Below are positions 25,973-37,593 of a stretch of 64,000 bases of DNA, piece after piece. Position numbers and translations under genes: made by a program. Location of the stretch: NCBI RefSeq assembly GCF_006345805.1, contig NC_043010.1:33418001-33482000 (forward strand), given 5' to 3'. Each line of letters opens with the position of its first letter. Position 1 is the stretch's first letter. The notes under the pieces were generated by a model. It had not been told where the DNA came from. It saw only the letters and a list, made by a program, of their open reading frames with translations, and made no database searches. The stretch is from Octopus sinensis. Lineage: Eukaryota.

Positions 25973-26077
25973 TCAGTCATTGTCAGGGAACGAAAACGAG
26001 CTGGGATAACACCTAATCTTCCTTCAATCGAAGATCGAGAAGAAATCAGAAGGACTAGATTTGGACCTGTACTGTAA
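25973..26077 (+). CDS. CHCHD7: CHCHD7/COX23-like, coding exon 3 (SVIVRERKRAGITPNLPSIEDREEIRRTRFGPVL*)
   Basis: Long polypyrimidine tract + CAG acceptor at 25970-25972; resembles the CHCHD7 C-terminus (I...RR..G..P..P...ER..I); stop TAA at 26075-26077. Confidence 0.92.
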   Translation, partial: SVIVRERKRAGITPNLPSIEDREEIRRTRFGPVL

Positions 26078-26338
26078 GAGCTGATTCCATTCCTGAGATT
26101 GGACTGTCATTTTGGACTTGTAAAACCTCAGAATATTCATAGTGATGCAATCCAGCCTGAGATAGCTGTGACACAAAAACCTCTTTAGTATGTGTTTGTA
26201 ACAGCATTTTATAGTGTCACCTAACAAAAAAAAAATAGAACAGTGGAATAGTTTATTTTATTTTTTATTATATTTATTAATTTTTATTCCAGTTCAAATC
26301 ACACCTAGAATGACTTTGTCTTTCATCTTTTCAGGATC

Positions 26339-26344
26339 AATAAA
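26339..26344 (+). terminator. Candidate polyadenylation signal for CHCHD7
   Basis: AATAAA about 260 nt after the stop codon; not confirmed by transcript data. Confidence 0.4.
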
Positions 26345-26451
26345 ATTGATGTCTGTTATTACAATGGAATTGATTCAATGAACTATATCACCAACTTGAC
26401 TAAAATATTGTTTTGCCTTAAATATTTACATCCATTCTTTTCATACTGAGT

Positions 26452-26712
26452 GGAGGTGCGTGGCTTAGTGGTTAGGGTGTCAGCACCATGATCGTAAGAT
26501 TGTGGTTTCAATTCCTGAACCAGGCAACGCGTTGTGTTCTTCAGCAAAACACTTCATTTCATGTTGCTCCAGTCCACTCAGCTGGCAAAAATGAGTAACG
26601 CTGCGATGGACTGGCGTCCCATCCAGCTGGGGAACACATGTGCCGTAGAAACCAGGAAACCGGGCCCATGAGCCTGGGTAGGCTTTAAAAGGGCGCATTT
26701 ATTTTTATTATT
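26452..26712 (+). mobile_element. tRNA-derived SINE with V-domain-like segment
   Basis: A box tggcttagtgg, B-box-like ggtttcaattcc, gctgcgatggactggcgtcccatccag segment, (ATT)n tail. Confidence 0.7.
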
Positions 26713-27180
26713 ATTTTCATACTAACACTGATATGATGGCGTTTTTGTTTGAGTGATCATATTTATGTAGTTGGATGGATGTTGCTCATCCCTTCCAAGT
26801 GTTAACCACTCGACTATCAAATAAGGGATGGAGCTTATTTCTTGCCCAACTGACCCTACTGTGGTGTGCAGTCGACAAAATCAAAAACAACAATCAATTG
26901 TCAAATAAGGGACGGAGCTTATTTCATTATGCAGACAGACCAAACTGAAACCAGCCAAGTAAGATGGCTTTCTCAGGAACAACAAAAGAAATTGATATTG
27001 CTTAACAAAGGGATCAATGCAAGAAATTATTTTTCTGATGCTACCTAACTCTAAACCAGCTTCCACTATACTAGAAGCCTAAACTGGTTGTGACACTGCT
27101 CATCCTTGTACTGATCTTCTTTTTTCCATATTCTTCAAAACTAAAAGCAAATTTACGTAGTTTAATTTTTAGGTTATTAA

Positions 27181-27583
27181 TCCTTTATCATTTAAAGTGG
27201 CCATATCTAGCCAAAGTATTCTGTCACTTTTATGTTCAAACTGACTAGATTCAACATCTCACACCTACCCTATAATGCCATTGTAAAAAATAAACAATTA
27301 TCATCATCTAACATCCGTTTTCCATGCAGGCATGGGTTGGACAGTTTGACTGGGGACTGGCAAGCCAGGAGGCCTCACTAGGCTCCAATCTGATTTGTGA
27401 ATGTTTCTACAGTTGGATGCCCTTCCTATTGACAACCACTCCGAGAGTGTAGTGGGTGCTTTTTATATGCCACTGGCATGGGAGCTAGTCACATCATCAA
27501 AATCTTGAATTCACAAGGCAATGCATGATTAATTCAAAACAATGTGAATAAATAAGAATTACGTTTGATAAAACGCTAAAGGG
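27181..27583 (+). mobile_element. piggyBac-type MITE with nested RTE 3' UTR fragment
   Basis: TTAA on both sides (27177-27180, 27584-27587); TIRs tcctttatcatt / aacgctaaaggg. Confidence 0.8.
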
Positions 27584-27929
27584 TTAAACATAAAATATAA
27601 TAATTACATTAGGGCATTTAGTGAAGGGGTTTGAAGAAATTGATGAGAGTTTGGCTGAGAATTTGGATGTTTGTTTGCTGCTGTGGAACTTTATAAAAGG
27701 GGGATTTTACAAAAGAGTTATAAAAAAAGAAAAATGTCTTTCAGATTAAATTTGTTTTCTACCTCATGTCAGCGTTTCTTGTTTGTCCCTTATTTCTCAA
27801 TGATGCTCCTTGTCGGCATGGAATCACAGGGCTGAGGGAAACACTGGCCAATATGTTATATTTCATCATCAGTCCTATCCTGTGTCCATAGCAAAGAAGA
27901 TATTAGTTAACTTTTTATGACTTTTGCTT

Positions 27930-28235
27930 GTGAAGGTGTGTGGCTTGGTGGTTAAGATTATTTGGTTTAGAATCATAAGGTCATGGGTTCAATTCCTGGC
28001 AGCCTGTTGTGCCCTTGAGGACAACACTTTATTTCATGTTGCTCCACTCCATTCAGCTGTCAAAAATGAGTTATTCCTGTTTTTCAAAGGGCCAACCTTG
28101 TCACATTCTGTGTCATGCTGAATCTCTGAGAACTGCATTAAGGGTACACATGTCTGTGAAGTGCTCAGCTACTTGGGCATTAATTTCAAACGCAGGCTGT
28201 TCCAGTGATTGGATCAACTGGGACACTTATAACTA
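27930..28235 (+). mobile_element. tRNA-derived SINE (third family)
   Basis: A/B boxes tggcttggtgg / gggttcaattcc; body shares taagggtacac.tgtc with 45720-46140. Confidence 0.65.
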
Positions 28236-28566
28236 ACAGAGTGCCAGTTTTTTGGGGGGTTTTTTTCATGGTTTTGCTTACTTGCTGGTTCTTATTGTTT
28301 CAATCCAGATCAGCCCTGTCCACCAGACTTATGATCAAAAATATTTCAGCCATGACCATCCAACTGCTTATTCAAATACAGTGTATATGTAGGACCACAT
28401 TACCTAGTTTAGCCTGCCTGTTTTAATATGATATGGTATGATTTAAGATAGGTTTGGTTGCTATTTTCACATATAGTTTAGCCATTGTTTTGTGGGTTGC
28501 AACCTTTGACTTGCAATATTTTTAAAGATTCTTTATTTTCAAACTTCCAGAAATCATTATCATCAT

Positions 28567-29000
28567 CAGGACTTGATTAAGACCCATAGAGGCCCTAAGC
28601 ACTTAAAAGGTTTTGGTGCCCTCGAGTATATGTAAATGGTCCAAAATATTAACAAAAATAATTCAAATTGTAAACGATAATAAACCATAAAATAAATTTT
28701 TATTTTTCAAAATGAAACAAAATTCACAGAAAGATAATGTTTATTTTGGTATGCTTCCATTTTCTCCATTTTCTCCATTTTTTTCTTTTTAATTACAAAG
28801 TGATTGGTGATATCGTTAAAATTAATTTTACATAAAACTTCTGCTTCTATACTCAGTAGAGATAAGACATTACGAATATTATTTTAACAAGTTTAAAATG
28901 ATTTCTTTTGTACTGTAAACCATTTTCATTTCTGTGGCGCCTCCATCCTTTGATGCCCTAAGCACATGCTTATTTAGCTTAATGGGTTAATCCTGTGCTG
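28567..29000. mobile_element. hAT MITE
   Basis: TIRs caggacttgattaagaccca / tgggttaatcctgtgctg; perfect 8-bp TSD atcatcat. Confidence 0.75.
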
Positions 29001-29332
29001 ATCATCATCCTTACATTTGGGGTTTCTTTTCTTCCATACTGTCATGGATTGATTGGACATGTTTGCCTTACATCATAATGCCATTCATCTTTGTTCTTCG
29101 TCCCCTCATCTGTAATCCCTAACATTGCAAGATCAATCCTCATCACTTCTATCCATCTCTTCCTCAGTCTTACTCCATTCACAATGCGCAGCAAAGTATC
29201 ATCCATCAATCCTCACTTGTTCATAACCCATGCAGGAGTTTATACGCAAATACTTAACCTGCAAAAATAGCAGCCAAATCTTCAAATCATGGTTTATTGC
29301 CTCAAAAAAATGTGAGAACACTTAGGACATGG

Positions 29333-29705
29333 GCATGGCTGTGTGGGAAGAAGATTATTTCCTAATCACATGGTTCTGGGTTCAATCCCACTGCATGGCA
29401 CCTTGGGCAAGTGTCTTCTACTATAGCCTCGAGCCAACCAAAGCTTTGTAGGTGGGTTTGGTAGAAGGAAACTGAAAGAAGCCTGTTGTGTGTGTGTGTC
29501 CGTCCTTGTTACCCACCACTGCTTGACAGCCATTGTTGATGTGTTTTAAATCTCCATAACTACTTAGCAGTTCAGCTAAAAGAGGCTGATAGAATTGGCA
29601 CAACAAAAGGAATAAGTACTGGGGTCAAATAATTTGACTAAAAATTCTTCATGGCACTGCCCCAGCATGGCCACATTTGAATGACTGAAACAAGTAAAAA
29701 AATAA
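29333..29705 (+). mobile_element. SINE family A
   Basis: Colinear with the other copies. Confidence 0.8.
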
Positions 29706-29806
29706 AAGGAAAGGTAAAAAGATAAATTTGCCTAAACAGTTGCAAGACTATAAGGTTTATAACTGCAAGAATGTTGCTATTGAACTGTGTCTCTGATGGA
29801 CTAAAA

Positions 29807-29972
29807 CAGTGGTTCCCATCCCTTTTATTTAAATGAGTTTTCCCACGAACCCCTTTTAATATGCTTATCCTTATGTTTGTGTGTGTGTATATATGTATGT
29901 ATATATGAAATTCTGAATTTAGTTCATGGAGCTCCAATATTGCCTTTGTGGACCCCAGGTTGGGAACCACTG
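29807..29972. mobile_element. hAT (Charlie-like) MITE
   Basis: TIRs cagtggttccca / tgggaaccactg; TSD gactaaaa/gactagaa. Confidence 0.85.
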
Positions 29973-30855
29973 GACTAGAAGGTTGCTAACTAGTTACCAT
30001 CTACCAAATTCACTTACTAGGCACTGGTCAGCCCGGGGTTATAGTAGCAGATACTTGCCCAAGGTACCATGCAGTGGGAGTGAACCTGAAACCATGTGGT
30101 TACAAAGTGAGCTTCTTAATTGCACGGCTATACTTGTGCATATACTCTTTTACTTGTTTCAGTCATTTGACTGTGGCCACGCTGGAGTACCGCTTTTAGT
30201 TGAGCGAATCGACCCCAGGACTTAATCTTTGTAAGCCTAGTACTTATTCTTCACACATACACACATATACAATGGGCTTCTTTCAGTTTCTTTCTACCAA
30301 ATCTACTCACAAGGCTTTGGTCAGCCTGAGGTTATAGAAGAAAGACACTTGCCCAAGTTGTCGGTTCAAAATTGTACAAACGACAAACATCAAAAGACAG
30401 AAACAAGTGGGAGAACAACAAACAATGTATATTAGTTTGGTGCTTGGGAAAAATGGAAGAGTCTTTGACATTTCAAGCTTACACTCTTCTACAGAGAGCA
30501 ATGAGGAGAGAAAACAATAGAGAGATAAAAAAAAAAACAATGGAGAGAGGAAAAAAAGTGTGGCAAAGTACTTCACCACCTCTCCACCCAGATTATGCTT
30601 GGAACTTTATATTTCTTGGACTCTCCCATCATGGATCTTATTGTACATTGTTGTTGATCTGTATGTGTGTGTGTGCGTGTGCATTTTTCCCTTTGTCTTG
30701 CTTCTGAAGATCAATAGTTATGCTTTTAGCAAAAAACTATGAGAAATATTATTGTTTTCTATATAAAATATGAATATTTGCAAACTACAAGCATTGTGTA
30801 CATTATATACATTATTTACATTTGACGGATATTTGTCCTGATCTTGTTTGTTTTT

Positions 30856-30901
30856 AACATAATGTTTCGGCTGATATACCCTCCAGCCTTCATCAGGTGT
30901 C
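30856..30901 (-). ncRNA. Minimal type I hammerhead ribozyme fold (probably inactivated)
   Basis: gacac-CUGAUGA-a-ggcug/cagcc-GAAAC-auu-auguu; G-to-A change at 16.2 breaks stem III. Confidence 0.7.
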
Positions 30902-31165
30902 TTGGGGAAATTTCGAACCTGGATTCTCATTCCTAAGGTATTTTTTAATGTTAGTATTATTATTATTATTATTCAGGTCACTGCCTGGAATTAAACTCAG
31001 AATCTTGGGGTTAGTAGCCCGTGCTCTTAACCACAAGATTCCAGGTTCGATTCTAACCCCAAGATTCTGAGTTCGATTCCAGGCAGTGACCTGAATAAAA
31101 ATAATAATAATAATAACATCGAAAAATACCTTAGGAATGAGAACCCAGTTTCGAAATTTCCCTAA

Positions 31166-31211
31166 GTCACCTGATGAAGGTTGGAGGGTATATCAGCCGA
31201 AATGTTGTGTT
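31166..31211 (+). ncRNA. Minimal type I hammerhead ribozyme fold
   Basis: gucac-CUGAUGA-a-gguug/cagcc-GAAAU-GUU-guguu; intact core, U-G wobble in stem III. Confidence 0.7.
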
Positions 31212-31482
31212 AACAACAAACAAGATCAGAACAAATATCCATCAAATGTAAATAATGGACATAATTCCTCATCTCTTAAATATAGAACTGAAGCATTGTG
31301 TACATGAACTTTAACAAATCATGGTCAGAGGTTTGCTTCTCAACCACATGGTTCTGGGCTCAGTCCCATTGCATCATGCCTTAACAACATTTTCTATTAT
31401 AACTTTGGGCCAACCAAAGCCTTGTGGGTGGATTTGGTGAACAGAAACTGAAAAAAGCCTGTCACACACACACGTATGTATG

Positions 31483-31514
<32 letters not shown>

Positions 31515-32439
31515 TATATATATATATATATATGTATGTATGTCTTTGTGTCTTTACTTAACTGGTGTTGGCATATTCACGTCCCTGTAACTTAGAGGTT
31601 TGGCAAAAGAGACAAATAAAATAAGTACCAGGCTTGGAACAATCAAACTTATGGAAAGAATCAATGGATGAAACCAAAGGATTCAAGGAACCAACAATAT
31701 ATTTGAATGGTATTACAAACAAGTTTCTTTATTCTTTCTTTTTCTTTTCCTCTTTTACCCTAATGTTAATCTTGCTTGATACTGGGTCTGTTTGATTCTG
31801 TATTGATGCAACAGGGATGCTACTTCAATCAATATGTCACTTCATCCAACACTGGAATCATGTAACCAGTTAGCTGTGTTCCAGAGGACTCTTTCCTGCA
31901 ATGAAGTATCTAGTGATAGGAAGCAGATCCTTTAGCATTCAGATTATTTTGTTAAATACAATGCTTATTTATTCAAATTTTTTTGAATTTTATTATGTAT
32001 TTACATATTACTTTGGGATTGTGATAATGTATTTGTTTATTTGTAGGATGACTTTAAAGTATAGGTGTGAGAGGTTGGATTTGGCCAGTAAAATCCATTG
32101 AAGTGGAAGAATATTTGGGCTGGATATGGCCAGTTTAAATGCTAGAGGGTTAAACTCAATCCAAAAAATTGGATTCAGAATTCAAAGATATGGCAGATCA
32201 TTCTGTCTGATGGCGTAACAATTTTGCAAATCCACTTCCCTACACCGATTATCTAATGATCACCTGACTCCACGTCAACCCCACCCCAAAAGAAAGAACA
32301 TCAAAGTAGACTTTGGAGGATTTGAACTCAGAATCAAGAAATCCAGAACAAATACTTCAATTACATTGAGACTTACTAATTTGCTTGGAAGTTCTTTTAC
32401 AAGATCACAAGCCAATGTAGGTGCCAATACATGATACTC

Positions 32440-32780
32440 TAAAGGGTAAAGACCCCCTTAAGTCACAAATGAGCATGGGATTATACCTAGAAAGCCCCCC
32501 ACCAAGGCACAACTCCAAGCAAGGTAGTTAGTGGAAGACCAGCAATTGCCCATGCATACCAGCTTCCCTTCTCTATGCCACTGATGTCCATGAGAAAGGC
32601 AAAGGCCAATACAGCTTTGTACCAGTGACACCACAGCTCATTTCTACAGCTGAGTGTGAACTGGAGTAACATGCAATAAAGTTCCTTGCTGAAGAACATA
32701 AAGCCCAATCTAGGAATTAAACTCACAACCTCACAATTATAAGCCCGATTCTCTAACCACTGAGCTGTGTGCCTTCACAT
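32440..32780 (-). mobile_element. tRNA-derived SINE related to 45720-46140
   Basis: Reverse complement carries the A box ggctcagtgg-like head and the ggggtc tail. Confidence 0.6.
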
Positions 32781-33099
32781 GATACTCAGCATGATAGAAA
32801 TAGTAACTGATTCTCCTTCAAATTATGCTCTGTGTTTGTTCATTGGACACATGTTTATTCTGTGCAAGTTTGGGTTAAAGCAAGAGTTATTGAAGCAAAT
32901 TTTATGACCAGATGCTCTTCTTGTAGTCAGTACTCACCTGTTGCTCATACACCTGTCTTCACCTTTTGTTTTTCTATAAATTTCAACTATATAAGTATAT
33001 ATATATATTAAGTATATGATTTAAGTTATGGAATGAAATTCGACAAATTCAATCATATTTTCCATAAATGGAGAAGATCAGACATTAATCATCATCATC

Positions 33100-33640
33100 A
33101 TCATCGTTTAGCGTCCGTTTTCCATGCTAGCATGGGTTGGACGGTTCTACTGGGGTCTGTGAAGCCAGAAGGTTTCATCAGGCCCAGTCAAATCTGGCAG
33201 TGTTTCTACGGCTGGATGCCCTTCCTAACGCCAACCACTCCGAGAGTGTAGTGGGTGCTTTTTACGTGCCACCCGCACAGGTGCCAGACAGAGCTGGCAA
33301 ACGGCCACGAACGGATGGTGCTTTTTATGTGCCACCGGCACGAGGGCCAGGCGAGGCTGGCAACGGACACGAAACGGGTGGTGCTGGCAACGGTCGTGAA
33401 ACGGAAGGTTCTCTTACATGCCACCGGCACTGGTAACACATCTGCAATTTCCATTGATCGATTTCGATTCTGATCCTCACTTGCCTCAACGGGTCTTCAC
33501 AAGTAGAGTTTCGACATGCCACCGGCACTGGTAACACATCTGCAATTTCCATTGATCAATTTCGATTCTGATCCTCACTTGCCTCAACAGGTCTTCACAA
33601 GTAGAGTTTTGTGTCCCAAGAAGGGAAGGTATGCATACGT
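33100..33640 (-). mobile_element. RTE LINE 3' UTR copy with a 98-bp tandem duplication
   Basis: (CAT)n tail at 33088-33104; block starting acatgccaccggcactgg repeated at 33416 and 33514. Confidence 0.8.
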
Positions 33641-33900
33641 ATGGGATAAAATATATATCACATTGAACCATTAATCCCAACACATTTTCTCTCTTTTTCT
33701 CTTTTCATTCTCTCTGGGGTTTTTTCCCTCTCAATCCTTTCTGTCAAAGAGTATAGGCTCAAAATGTCAAAGACTTTTCTATTCTTCCTGAGTGTTAAAC
33801 TAACACACCTGCTTGTTGTTCCCTCACCTGTCTTCATCTTTTGTTTTCTGTAATTTGAACTAAATACACACATATATGTATATATATATTATATATATAT

Positions 33901-34650
33901 AGCGCAGGAATGGCTGTGTGGTAAGTAGCTTGCTTACCAGCCACATGGTTCCAGGTTCAGTCCCACTGCGTGGCACCTTGGGCAAGTGTCTTCAACTATA
34001 GCCTTGGGCCAACCAAAGCCTTGTGAGCGGATTTGTAATGTATGTGTGTGTATATGTTTGTGTGTCTGTGTTTGTTCCCCTAGCATTGCTTGACAACCGA
34101 TGCTGGTGTGTTGACGTCCCCCGTAACTTAGCGGTTTGGCAAAAGAGGCCGATAGAATAAGTTCTAGGCTTACAAAGAAGAAGTCCTGGGGTCGATTTGC
34201 TCGACTAAAAGTGGTGCTCCAGCATGGCCACAGTCAAATGACTGAAACAAGTAAAAGAGTAAAGAGTAAAAGGGGCACGAATGTGGCTGTGTGCTAAGAA
34301 GCTTGCTTCCCAACCATGAGGTTCTGGATCCAATCTCACTGTGTGGCACCTTAGGCAAGTGTCTTCTAGTATAGCCTTGGGCCAACCAAAGCCTTGTGAG
34401 TGGATTTGGTAGACATAAACTGAAAGCAGCCCATCGTGTGTGTCTGTGTTTGTTGCCTCACCATTGCTTGACAACCAGTGTTGGTGCATTTATGTCTCCA
34501 TAAATTAGTGGTTTGGCAAAAAAGGGATCAATAAAGTAAGTACTAGGCTTACAAAGACTAAGGCCTGGTGTTGATTTCTTCGACTAAAACCCTTTAAGGC
34601 AGTGCTCCAGCATGGTCTCAGTCAAATGATTGAAACAAAAGAGTAAAGGA
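33901..34650 (+). mobile_element. Tandem pair of SINE family A copies (33901-34270, 34271-34650)
   Basis: Two complete head-to-tail copies. Confidence 0.85.
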
Positions 34651-34674
34651 GAATATATATATATATATATATGC

Positions 34675-35756
34675 ACTAGCTGAATAGCCCATCGTTGCCG
34701 GGCAATTTTTACAATAGAATGCCTTATGCAAATCTTTATTTATTTCCTGTCAGAGTATGCCTTCCCTGACAGATAAACCTCTTAATCCAGACAGATTCGT
34801 GCAATTTTTCACCAAAAAACTTTGTTGAAGATTTTTCTCTTTTTAAATTTACATGTCTTTTCGACCATTTCACATGATTTTATTCATTAAAACTTCAGAA
34901 GTTCTTACAACTTTGGTCATTATAATGCTTTGCTTTCATTTTGTGATAGATAGCTATCATGCTTCCAAATCCTGATTTCTGATTAGGTAAAATTGATTAA
35001 ACTTTAAACTTCAGTAACATTTTTCTGCAATTTTTCTGGAACAAATGAATAACAAAATCGGACTTAGCGTGGATAATTATTTCAGTTTACCAAAATTTGA
35101 AATTTTGATGTAATTTTAAAATCTCACAATATGTTTCAGCAACAGGGAAGACCATTCAAAAGTAGAGAGACAGACAGTTATAAGACATCATACACACACA
35201 CACACATTTACAAATGTACACACAGATAATCACAACTTTAAAATGGTGTATAGTAGACATATGTATGTATGCATGCACATATGTATGTATATATATGTAT
35301 GTATGTGTGTGTCTATGTGTGAATGTTTTTTTGCTATGGACAGCGGAAAAGCCACCTACTCCCTCTCTCCTTAAAGATACGTATTCCTCACACCCTGCTT
35401 TCTTTTGTGTGTTGTATCTATGTATTTACAAAAGTATGGATGCAGTGTCACATGTATATGACAGCTGTAGTAACGTTACCATCCCATTCTTACTGCTGTT
35501 CTTGCCTTCATTGATATAAGTCAGCCTCTCTCTGTTACTATCTTTCCCTCAGACTAATAATTCTGTAAGCTTCTCATTCTAAGTCGCCCAACGCCCCTGT
35601 GGGGTACATTATAGATTTTTTATTGAAATCCAATTAGCCTGTTATTGAACTGGTTGTTAGTGTAACATGTATGCAAAGTTTTGTGAATATTGGTTCACTG
35701 GTTTAGGCACTAAGATGGTAACAGACAGACAGAAATTGCCATTTATATATACAGAT
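34675..35756 (+). mobile_element. Helitron/Helentron-like non-autonomous element, interrupted by simple repeats
   Basis: 5' actagctgaatagcccatcgttgccggg and 3' acagacagacagaaattgccatttatatatacagat resemble HINE-type ends (from recall). Confidence 0.4.
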
Positions 35757-36949
35757 TACATATGGACGAGGACAGCTGCATAAAGAAGTGCTGATCTCTA
35801 ACTATGGAAGGAACGTATGGAAAAAAATAGACCCAGGAAGACATGTGATGAGGTGATGAAGCATGATCTTTGAATGTTGGGTGTCATGGAGATGGTGACA
35901 AATGATTGAAACCTTTAGTAATTTACTGTGCTTGAGAAGACACCTCAAATCAAATGAAATCATAGTCTGGCCAGTGCTGGTGACACATAAAAGACACCCA
36001 CTACAATCTTGTACTTTCAGAATGAAATACTGACACTGTTGCAATCTTGAAATTAATGAAAATGTAAGTTACAAGGAAGATAATGTTTTGCAAAATCTTA
36101 TCTATGTCAATGATAATATAGATTATAGAGTTATAAATGTTGCATAACACTAAAAAATGCAGTGGTTGGAGTGGTGGGTTCTAGGAAGAGCATCCAGCCA
36201 TAGAAATCAAGCCAAATCAGACAGGAACCTAGTATAGCTCTCTGTCTTAACAGTTTGTCAGACCATCTAACCCATGTCAGCATGGAAAATGGATGCTAAA
36301 TGATGATAATGATCATGGTATACACACACACACACAATGGACAGGCTTTTACACAGTTGCTATCAACCAGATTCATTCATAAGATATTGGTCACTCAGAA
36401 GTGATAATAGAAGACACTTGCCCAAGGTTCTATGCAGTGAAAGAGCATGGTTGCGAAACAAATTTCTTTATCGCATTGCTGTGTCTGTATCTGCTCTACA
36501 ATCTTAAAAAAAAAATCAAAGGTCACATTGGATGTTACAATCTTAGTTAACATATATCTGAAAAGAAAAGATGGAATGGGCATAAATGGAATGTCTTTGA
36601 TCATAGCTTTTGTTCCATTCTAAGAGGGCTAAACAACCAAGAACCATAAAGAAGAGTTGAAAAAATGTTTAATGCCATGAGCAATGAAGAAATTCTTGAT
36701 CTCAGGAATTATTGTTTAAAATTATCTAAAAATAAAGAATTTTCAAAAATTATCAAATAAAAATTTTCAAACATATATAAATAAAGAAAAAAAATTTTTT
36801 TTTTTAAATATGGGGGAGGACAAAAAAAAATATTTCTGAGTTGCTTCTTTTGTACATTTGAAAAAAATTTTTTTTTTAATTTTTGTTTCTGTAACTGAAG
36901 ATAACAAGAGCAACAACGGAACCAACAGAAGCAATGAAACCAACCATCT

Positions 36950-36962
36950 ATCATAGACTACA

Positions 36963-37010
<48 letters not shown>

Positions 37011-37560
37011 CACACACATATATATATACACGGATACACACACACACACATATATATCTGTGTGTGTGTATGTATACATTTATATATATGTACATATGTA
37101 TAATTATTATAAATTGTGTATATTATGACATATATGCATATTTATGTGTTTATATATATAATTATATATACTTATAAATTATATATGATGTATATGTGTG
37201 TATGTGTATATGTGCATGCATGTATGTGTGTATATATATATGTATGTATGTATGCATGTATGTATGCATGTATGTATGTATGTATGTATTTATGTATGTA
37301 TATGCCACAAAAAATTTTAAAACTCAATGCACATTAAATATCAGAATCACTTTTGATATCTGGTAAAGCAGTAATGTGTAAAAAAAAAAATCCTTTTGTT
37401 TGTTTGTTTTTTGTTTGGTTATTTTTTTTTGCAGATTTTTAACGAGAATTATTCCACAGATATTTTCATTTTTCCCAATCAATCACAAAAATGGTAAATG
37501 GCTTATTTGTTTGTTTAAGTTGTTTTTGTTTTTGTTTGTTTATTTCATCATGTTCACCCA

Positions 37561-37593
<33 letters not shown>

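Larger units (their letters stand above)
30804..31290. mobile_element. Head-to-head palindromic retroelement: tRNA-like head + hammerhead tail, Penelope-type architecture
   Basis: Arms 30804-31034 and 31054-31290 are reverse complements; perfect 15-bp TSD aagcattgtgtacat (30789-30803, 31291-31305). Confidence 0.85.

Noticed and set aside
33901-33980. tRNA genes at SINE heads (also 26452, 45720, 31034)
   Set aside because: No complete cloverleaf; each runs into a multicopy SINE body.
36665-36760. Short ORF MFNAMSNEEILDLRNYCLKLSKNKEFSKIIK* followed by UTR-like sequence
   Set aside because: In-frame stop just upstream, no good acceptor, no family recognised; worth a blastp but not supportable.
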